Assembly: GCA_023480605.1 (NCBI GenBank)
Contig: JAMCWS010000349.1
Span: 6,132-45,086, forward strand
Length of the DNA stretch: 38,955 bases
From: a bacterium
Lineage (GTDB): Bacteria > Sumerlaeota > Sumerlaeia > MVZB01
Direction: 5' to 3'
Shown here in pieces: positions 32,862-38,955 of the stretch. The number at the start of each line of letters is the position of its first letter. The stretch's first letter is position 1. A program made the translations under genes and the position numbers. The notes under the pieces are model-generated. The model saw nothing but the letters and a program-made list of their open reading frames with translations. It had not been told where the DNA came from and searched no databases.

Positions 32862-33509
32862 TCAGGTGGCGGTTGGGGCGCGCGCCGGCTTGGCGTTTTC
32901 GCCCAGGGCTTCCTTCATGGCGGCCAGATCGCGACTCATGGACTGATAGAAGGCGTTAAAGTCGGAACTGTTGATGAGAATGTGGACGCCCTCGTGCGCC
33001 CAGCGGATCTGCGGCTCGATGCCGTCCGAGAAATGATTCCCCACGCCCAGACCCGCCCCTCGGCCCTTGCGCACGACCGTCCGGACCATCTTCCTTGATA
33101 TCGGACATGCGGCCCCCAACACGGAGGAGATTCCTGGGAATGTGAGGTTCTGCCAGGGATCGACGGTCGCTCGCATGAGCCAGATCCATGCCAAAACGGC
33201 AAGTAAAACTGAGGAAGCAGAAAGAAGTGCATAAAAATGATGAATCACCGGATCTCTTATGATATGAATAACGTCACAAGCCGGCTTTACATATGTTGCC
33301 ACGGCCGACTCGGCGTACACAAAGGGCGTGGAGAGAATCTCACGAGTGGCAGCCATATAGCAATCCAGATCATATAATGTTATCAGGATTGAACATACTA
33401 TCGAATTATCATCTTGCCATCGCGATATAATCCGGACCGTTTCGGCCGTCTTCCTAGGCTTGGGGCGCACCCCGGAATGCAACCCATGGGTCGATTGGCG
33501 GCATATCAT
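32862..33509 (-). CDS. Hypothetical protein; start uncertain (33509, 33356 or 33176)
   Basis: GC3 is high in the 3' half on this strand, and there is one hydrophobic segment (SASSVLLAVLAWIWL). No recognisable domain and no clear RBS. Confidence 0.3.
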   Translation of the reverse strand: MICRQSTHGLHSGVRPKPRKTAETVRIISRWQDDNSIVCSILITLYDLDCYMAATREILSTPFVYAESAVATYVKPACDVIHIIRDPVIHHFYALLSASSVLLAVLAWIWLMRATVDPWQNLTFPGISSVLGAACPISRKMVRTVVRKGRGAGLGVGNHFSDGIEPQIRWAHEGVHILINSSDFNAFYQSMSRDLAAMKEALGENAKPARAPTAT

Positions 33510-33538
33510 CTAGACTCCGGGCCGAAGGATATATCTTC

Positions 33539-34471
33539 ATGAGTATTATCCTGCACTTGGTCACCTATCTGGCGCTCCTAATCTTTATCATCGCCATTGT
33601 GGTCCGTTATCTGCGGATACGAAATTATCCGCTCAATCTGCGGTGGGAAATTTATCCCATTCCCCATGAGGGAAAACGCTCAATCCATGGCGGGTCGAAA
33701 ATGGAAGAATCCGAATATTGGACCCGCAATCATAAGCCTGACTGGATTAGAGAACTGATGTTTATGATTCCCGAGATGGTCTTCATCAAGGGTTTATTCG
33801 ACCACAATCGAAAGCTTTGGTACCGCTCTTTTCCGTTTCATTTCGGTCTGTATATGACGGCCGCATTTGCCTGCCTGCTATTCGTAGGTTCGATGCTGGA
33901 ATTGGCGGGGGTGATGATTACCGGGCCTGCGGCCTCCGGTCTCGCGGTCGTGCTGAATAAGATCACGGGCGCAGTTGGAACCATGGGGATGGTTCTTACG
34001 ATCATCGGCGGCTTGGGACTGCTCGTGATGCGTCTGAGCGATCCCGACCTCAAACCCTACACCAACGGTTCCCATGTTGTTAACCTGCTTGTGATCATCG
34101 CGACGATGGCGCTGATGTTCGCGGCGCTTGTGACCGCCCCCTCCCACCTGGCTCCCATGCGCGCCTATCTGTCCGACTTGGTGACACTAAGTCTCAAGGC
34201 TCCGATCCCCGATCCGTTGACGGGCATTGCTGTCGCGGCCGCTTCACTACTCGTCGCATATATTCCATTGACCCACATGTCGCACTTTTTCGTTAAATGG
34301 TTTACCTGGCACCGGATTCGGTGGGACGATGAGCCCAACGTCAGGGGCGGCCGGATCGAGGTGATGATCCAGAAGGCACTGACCTATCCGGTCAACTGGC
34401 GCGCCAACCATATCAGGGGCGACGGCAAAAAGACGTGGGCCGATGTGGCAACGGGAGAAATCGAGAAGTGA
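33539..34471 (+). CDS. NarI/DsrM/HdrE-like integral membrane protein (nitrate reductase gamma-subunit family, putative di-heme cytochrome b)
   Basis: 310 aa with several hydrophobic helices. The LRWEIYPIPHE, FPFHFGLY and PLTHMSHFFVKWFTWH strings are typical of this family. GAAGGA lies upstream of the ATG. The stop overlaps the next gene's GTG as GTGA. Confidence 0.65.
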   Translation: MSIILHLVTYLALLIFIIAIVVRYLRIRNYPLNLRWEIYPIPHEGKRSIHGGSKMEESEYWTRNHKPDWIRELMFMIPEMVFIKGLFDHNRKLWYRSFPFHFGLYMTAAFACLLFVGSMLELAGVMITGPAASGLAVVLNKITGAVGTMGMVLTIIGGLGLLVMRLSDPDLKPYTNGSHVVNLLVIIATMALMFAALVTAPSHLAPMRAYLSDLVTLSLKAPIPDPLTGIAVAAASLLVAYIPLTHMSHFFVKWFTWHRIRWDDEPNVRGGRIEVMIQKALTYPVNWRANHIRGDGKKTWADVATGEIEK

Positions 34472-36084
34472 GTAAGCAGCAAACAAATTTCAAACTCGAA
34501 AGCATCAGCCAACCGAACCGCCAGTGGACTCACGTGGAGGAGACGGACCTGATGCCCCTGCCACCCAACACGTTACGGCCCGACGAGGAACCGCCGTGGA
34601 AACAACTGACGGATGCGGAACGGGAAAAATACGAGGCGTCGCTCGATGACACGTTGATCCTGGACATCCCCAAACCCAGAACTAAAGAAGATGAAAAAGA
34701 ACTGATCCGCAAGTTCTTGGATGGAGTGACCCGGCTGTTCAACAAAGCCGATAACTGGCCGTTCCTCCGGCCGCTGGTCCTCACGATGGAACACTGCGCT
34801 AATTGCCAGACTTGTTCGGCGGCCTGTCACATCTACGAAGCATCGAGTGGTAATCCCGCTTACCGGCCAACCTGCCGCTCCGAGATTTTACGGCGCATCT
34901 ACTACAAGTACATCAAGTCCGACGGCGCATACTTCGGCCGATGGCGCCACGGAGACATTGACTTAAACTGGACCACTGTGGCTCGATTGGCCGAACTCAG
35001 TTATCGCTGCAACCTGTGTCGGCGGTGCGCCCAGGCATGTCCCCTCGGGGCCGACAATGGCCTCGTCGCCCGGGAGATCCGTAAATTATTCAGCCAGGAA
35101 CTGGACATCCACACCAAAGAACTCCACGACAATGGTTCCGTGCTACAGCTCAAAGTCGGTTCCTCCACCGGGATGAACGCCCTGGTGGTCAAGGACAACA
35201 TGGAATTCATCGACGAAGAGATGTCGGAAAAGACCGGGATGACAATCCATACGCCGTGGGACAAGAGCGGCGCGGATATCCTCCTGATCCATAACGCCGG
35301 CGAAATTATGGCGTGGCCTGAAAATCCCGGCGCCTTCAGCGTCATCTTCGAGGCCGCGGGTGTCAGTTGGACGCTGTCCAGCGACGCGTTGGGTTACGAC
35401 AGCATCAATTATGGTCTGTTTTACGATGATTTCATGTTGGCCAGAGTCGTCCTCAAACACGCCGAGGCAGCCAAAAAACTGGGAGTTAAAAAGATCGTTT
35501 TCGGCGAATGCGGCCACGCCCACAAAGCTCTGACGGTGATCGCCGACCGCATCCTGACCGGCGACCTCAATATCCCCCGCGAAAGCGCGATGACCGTCCT
35601 GCGCGACATCGTGATGTCCGGTCGCCTCAAGCTTGATCCCACGCGTAATGACTTCCCCGTCACGCTCCACGATCCGTGCAATATGACCCGCATGATGGGC
35701 ATCATTGCACCGCAACGCGAGATAATTCACACGATCTGTCCCCGGTTCCGCGAAATGAATCCGCACGGTGTCAACAACTACTGTTGTGGCGGCGGGAGCG
35801 GCTTTGCCATCCATTCGCGTCACAACTTTCCGGATTGGCGATTCAAAGTCGCCGGTCGAAAAAAACTGAGCCAGATCCTGGAGGCATTCTCTGATTGCTT
35901 GGATCCTTCCGTCAGGAAGTATATTTGCGCCCCATGCAGCAACTGCAAAGGGCAGTTCCGAGACATGCTGGATTACTACAAACTGTGGGAAAACCATTCG
36001 ATATTATATGGAGGCCTGGTCGAACTCATCGTTAACGCCATGACCGACATCAAGCCTGGCTTCATTGAATGGGAAAGGCATTGA
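34468..36084 (+). CDS. HdrD/DsrK-like Fe-S protein (two 4Fe-4S ferredoxin motifs plus a CCG domain)
   Basis: GTG 34468 in a GTGA overlap with GGGAGA upstream. CANCQTCSAACHIY and CNLCRRCAQACPLG are ferredoxin-type clusters. HDPCNMTR..(37 aa)..NYCCGGGSG...CAPCSNCKGQ fits the CCG-domain pattern. Confidence 0.75.
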   Translation: MSKQQTNFKLESISQPNRQWTHVEETDLMPLPPNTLRPDEEPPWKQLTDAEREKYEASLDDTLILDIPKPRTKEDEKELIRKFLDGVTRLFNKADNWPFLRPLVLTMEHCANCQTCSAACHIYEASSGNPAYRPTCRSEILRRIYYKYIKSDGAYFGRWRHGDIDLNWTTVARLAELSYRCNLCRRCAQACPLGADNGLVAREIRKLFSQELDIHTKELHDNGSVLQLKVGSSTGMNALVVKDNMEFIDEEMSEKTGMTIHTPWDKSGADILLIHNAGEIMAWPENPGAFSVIFEAAGVSWTLSSDALGYDSINYGLFYDDFMLARVVLKHAEAAKKLGVKKIVFGECGHAHKALTVIADRILTGDLNIPRESAMTVLRDIVMSGRLKLDPTRNDFPVTLHDPCNMTRMMGIIAPQREIIHTICPRFREMNPHGVNNYCCGGGSGFAIHSRHNFPDWRFKVAGRKKLSQILEAFSDCLDPSVRKYICAPCSNCKGQFRDMLDYYKLWENHSILYGGLVELIVNAMTDIKPGFIEWERH

Positions 36085-36105
36085 CACAACAACCGGTCGC
36101 CTGTC

Positions 36106-36615
36106 GTGATGGCGCGCCATCCATTAGCCGCCATGAAACGTCAAGATTGGATATGCGGCCCCGCCATGAACGCCCGGAAGAAAATACTGGTTATCGATGA
36201 CGAACGGTCGGCGATCATATACATGAGCGCCCTCCTGGAAGACCAGGGCTATGACGCCTTTTCGGCGACTGACCCCGCCGAAGGGCTGGCGTTGGCCCTG
36301 ACTCGGAAACCCGACTTGATCTGCCTTGACATCATGATGCCTAAAAAGTCGGGTGTCGGGCTCTACCGCGATATTCGGCGCAGGCCGGTACTCAAGGATG
36401 TGCCGGTCCTCTTTGTCAGCGCTTATACGCAAGTGCATAACACACTGACGCCGCAGGATCCCGAGTTCTTTCGAGTGCTTGTCATGGACGAAGACATCCC
36501 GGAACCGAATGGATATATCGAAAAACCGATTGTAGTAACCGAGTTTATCGGCGCCATTGCTTCGTTGATCGGACCGGGCGCGCCGGATCTTATCGCGAAC
36601 GCCAACGAGGAATAA
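36106..36615 (+). CDS. Single-domain response regulator (receiver only); start uncertain (36106, 36133 or 36166)
   Basis: KKILVIDDERS...PDLICLDIMMPKKSG...VPVLFVSAY...GYIEKPI carries the receiver acidic pocket, the phospho-Asp context and the conserved Lys. Confidence 0.8.
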   Translation: MMARHPLAAMKRQDWICGPAMNARKKILVIDDERSAIIYMSALLEDQGYDAFSATDPAEGLALALTRKPDLICLDIMMPKKSGVGLYRDIRRRPVLKDVPVLFVSAYTQVHNTLTPQDPEFFRVLVMDEDIPEPNGYIEKPIVVTEFIGAIASLIGPGAPDLIANANEE

Positions 36616-36617
36616 TA

Positions 36618-37745
36618 ATGGATCGTGTTGAACGTTGGATCCGGAACGAATTATTTCATCAGGTTCCCATATGCATCAGCGTTATCGACCGGAATTTCTG
36701 CATCATCCACGCCAATCGGATGTTTACTGAAACGTATGGACCATGGGAAAACCAGTTCTGCTACACCGTTTACAAAGGCCGGAGCGAGCGATGCGAGGAG
36801 TGCGTTGCCGCCGACACATTCCGCGATGGACGAATCCGCACGCATGAGGAGCGGGGACGCGTCTGCGGCGGCCTTCCTCACTATTACTTTGTCCACGTGG
36901 TTCCGTTGTTGTTTTCCGGCACGGAAATTCCTTACGTAATCGAGATGTCTACCGACATTACCGAGGTAAAAAGGCTCGAGCAGGAAAAACTTGAAGCCGA
37001 AAGGTTGGCGGCGGTCGGTCAAACGGTCGCCGGACTGGCCCACGGTATCAAAAATATCATCATGGGCTTGGAAGGCGGCATTTACGTCATGGGTTCCGGC
37101 ATACGGCGCGAGGATACTCATCGGATTAAGCAGGGCTGGAGCATGCTTGAGGAAAATATCGCGCGCATTTCCGAATTTGTGAAAGAGTTTCTAAGCTTCG
37201 CGCGCGGGGCGGTTCCAAAAGTCGCCATGATCGATCCCGGTCGTGTCGCTCAAAAAGTGATCGACCTATTCAACGACAAGGCCCGTATGGTCGGCGTCGA
37301 CCTGCGCGGCGATATCCAGACTCCTATGATTCCCGCGCCGATGGATGAGGATGAGATTCACACCTGCCTGGTAAACCTGGTCTCCAACGCGTTGGACGCG
37401 TGCGAGGTCAGCGAAAAAGCCGATCGACATGTCACTCTGCGTGCGAGTGAGCGCGACAACGTGATTATTTTCGAGGTTAGCGACAATGGCCGCGGGATGG
37501 ACTATGAGGTCAAGCAGAAAGTCTTTACAAACTATTTTTCCACGAAAGGTTCGGGTAAGGGAACAGGCTTGGGGTTACTGACCACCCGTAAAATCGTCCA
37601 GCAACATGGAGGGCATGTATCGTTTCAGTCGGAGGTCGGCGCCGGGTCGGTATTTCGGTTGGAATTTCCCCGAAAGCGTCTCCCAGCAATTTCCAAGTCC
37701 GGGCAGGATTTTCGTGTGCAGGAAAATCAACAGGTATTGCGATGA
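36618..37745 (+). CDS. Soluble sensor histidine kinase with an N-terminal Cys-rich PAS-like domain
   Basis: GAGGAA lies 5 nt upstream of the ATG and there is no TM segment. PAS-like region with CYTVYKGRSERCEEC. H-box LAAVGQTVAGLAHGIKNI. N, G1, F and G2 boxes: NLVSNALDA, DNGRGMD, FTNYFSTK, GTGLGL. Confidence 0.85.
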   Translation: MDRVERWIRNELFHQVPICISVIDRNFCIIHANRMFTETYGPWENQFCYTVYKGRSERCEECVAADTFRDGRIRTHEERGRVCGGLPHYYFVHVVPLLFSGTEIPYVIEMSTDITEVKRLEQEKLEAERLAAVGQTVAGLAHGIKNIIMGLEGGIYVMGSGIRREDTHRIKQGWSMLEENIARISEFVKEFLSFARGAVPKVAMIDPGRVAQKVIDLFNDKARMVGVDLRGDIQTPMIPAPMDEDEIHTCLVNLVSNALDACEVSEKADRHVTLRASERDNVIIFEVSDNGRGMDYEVKQKVFTNYFSTKGSGKGTGLGLLTTRKIVQQHGGHVSFQSEVGAGSVFRLEFPRKRLPAISKSGQDFRVQENQQVLR

Positions 37746-37799
37746 ATATCCATTTTCATCTTGTCCATAACGATTCACTTTACCTTCCAACAAGGAGTC

Positions 37800-38330
37800 A
37801 TGGTGATGGAACGCCCCGAAGACAAAACGATCTTGGTGGTCGAAGACGAACCCGATGTTCGCATCTTCCTTCAGACGGTACTCGAAGATGCCGGATTCAA
37901 CGTCCTGACGGCCGCCGACGGTGAAGAAGCCCTCAAGATCATTGGCGAGCATCGGCCTGATTTTATCTCACTTGACCTCGTGCTCCCACGGAAGTCCGGG
38001 TACAAATTGTTGCTTACACTCAAACGCGACCAGGAACTCGCCCGCATCCCGGTGCTTATCGTCACCGCTCACGCCAGGACCGATTTGGGTAAACCTCAAA
38101 TGGAGGAAATCTTTGAAAAGACCGCGCTGCTCGGTCCTGGACTTTACCTCGAAAAACCTGTCAAACCACGCCAATATATCCGTTGTGTTAAGCAGGCACT
38201 GGGACTCTCGTTTAGCGAATCGGATGAAGACGACGCGGATATCAAAAATGAAATACAAACCCTCCTGAACGATGCCAATTCCGAATCACTGGCCCGCGCC
38301 CTCGCAGCTCTGAAGAAAAAATCAAACTGA
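37800..38330 (+). CDS. Single-domain response regulator (receiver only) with an acidic/helical C-terminal tail
   Basis: AAGGAG at 37792-37797 favours ATG 37800 or 37806 over the TTG 37761 of the track. KTILVVEDEPD...PDFISLDLVLPRKSG...IPVLIVTAH...LYLEKPV. Confidence 0.8.
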   Translation: MVMERPEDKTILVVEDEPDVRIFLQTVLEDAGFNVLTAADGEEALKIIGEHRPDFISLDLVLPRKSGYKLLLTLKRDQELARIPVLIVTAHARTDLGKPQMEEIFEKTALLGPGLYLEKPVKPRQYIRCVKQALGLSFSESDEDDADIKNEIQTLLNDANSESLARALAALKKKSN

Positions 38331-38343
38331 AGGACAAACCCAT

Positions 38344-38766
38344 ATGATCGAGTATCATGGTCCCCAGAAAAAAATTCTCGTTGTCGATGACGAGCAGAGC
38401 ACGATTGTCTATCTCGAAACGCTTTTACAAGACAATGATTATGAGACGGCTTCGGCGCATAACGGTGCCGAGGGCCTGGAAAAAATCATATCCGAAAAAC
38501 CCGACTTGGTCTTACTTGACATTAACATGCCCGAGCAGTCGGGTATTCGATTATATCGGAATCTTCGGGAAAAGCCGGAGTTCGCCTCGATTCCCGTTAT
38601 CATCGTTACCGCCGTCACCGGCTGGGGTGGTGATCCGGAGGAATTCCATAAATTCATCAGCACTCGCAAGAAAGTGCCACCGCCCGAGGGATTCGTGCCC
38701 AAACCCATTGTCCGTGAATCGCTATTGAAAACCATTGCCGACATTCTCCTGGCCAAGCCAAAATAG
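38344..38766 (+). CDS. Single-domain response regulator (receiver only), paralogous to 36106-36615
   Basis: GAAGGA lies upstream of the ATG. KKILVVDDEQS...PDLVLLDINMPEQSG...IPVIIVTAV...GFVPKPI. Confidence 0.85.
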   Translation: MIEYHGPQKKILVVDDEQSTIVYLETLLQDNDYETASAHNGAEGLEKIISEKPDLVLLDINMPEQSGIRLYRNLREKPEFASIPVIIVTAVTGWGGDPEEFHKFISTRKKVPPPEGFVPKPIVRESLLKTIADILLAKPK

Positions 38767-38787
38767 GTTCTTCCGGAAAAAGTGTGG

Positions 38788-38839
38788 AAATACCCCCCTC
38801 CCGTCCCCCCTGCGGCAGAGATTTTTAAGGGGGTATTTA
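38788..38839 (+). terminator. Long-loop hairpin after the last response-regulator gene (possible terminator or structured element)
   Basis: A perfect 10-bp inverted repeat (aaataccccc 38788-38797 / gggggtattt 38830-38839) with a 32-nt C-rich loop. It is followed by at-rich sequence but no clean T-tract. Confidence 0.3.
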
Positions 38840-38955
38840 TTCCACCCTGGAACAGAACGAGGGATATCTCACTGGGACAATGGCCAGAGAAGGGAATCAT
38901 TATCGCTCCCATGGTCTAATAAAATATGGCACAATAAATCCCCGAGTTAACACCA

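Noticed and set aside
1-38955. A scan for CRISPR arrays, tRNA or rRNA genes, IS elements with terminal inverted repeats, and integrases.
   Set aside because: I saw no regularly spaced direct repeats, no cloverleaf-compatible or rRNA-like segments, and no transposase or recombinase motifs in any frame of the ORF track.

Overview
This is a 38.9-kb bacterial chromosomal fragment with mosaic G+C. Hand-counted 60-nt lines range from about 42% to 75%. I recognised no rRNA, tRNA, CRISPR array, transposase or integrase. Positions 1-23.1 kb are a carbohydrate-utilisation neighbourhood. It holds a URO-D-family protein, an alpha-galactosidase-like hydrolase with an NPCBM domain, two xylose-isomerase-like TIM-barrel proteins, an enolase-superfamily enzyme and two Gfo/Idh/MocA oxidoreductases. 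It also holds a C-N hydrolase, a GH78 rhamnosidase, a GH42-like protein, a GH51 arabinofuranosidase and a sulfatase remnant. This content resembles PVC-type polysaccharide degraders, but taxonomy cannot be fixed from the sequence alone. The outstanding feature lies at 23.9-27.6 kb. An ECF-type sigma factor gene has a stop codon that overlaps (ATGA) the start of an intact 1,030-aa ORF. That ORF is a drastically miniaturised single-chain fusion of RNA polymerase beta-like and beta'-like catalytic cores. ETPEGPNIG, EHDDANR, GDKxxxRHGxKG and NADFDGD are all present. The clamp-helix-like sigma docking site is kept, while the flap, lobes, N-terminal clamp and trigger-loop/C-terminal modules are missing. 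Downstream lie a second sigma-like gene broken by an in-frame TAA and a SAM methyltransferase broken by TAA, TAG and a frameshift. Next comes a host secreted-protein gene cut off at a 9-bp tandem repeat. Together these look like a partly eroded inserted cassette in which only the sigma-RNAP pair stays intact. Further right are a glycine-rich, collagen/PGRS-like secreted protein and a lower-G+C cluster. That cluster encodes a NarI/DsrM-like membrane protein, an HdrD/DsrK-like Fe-S protein, a soluble Cys-rich PAS histidine kinase and three receiver-only response regulators.
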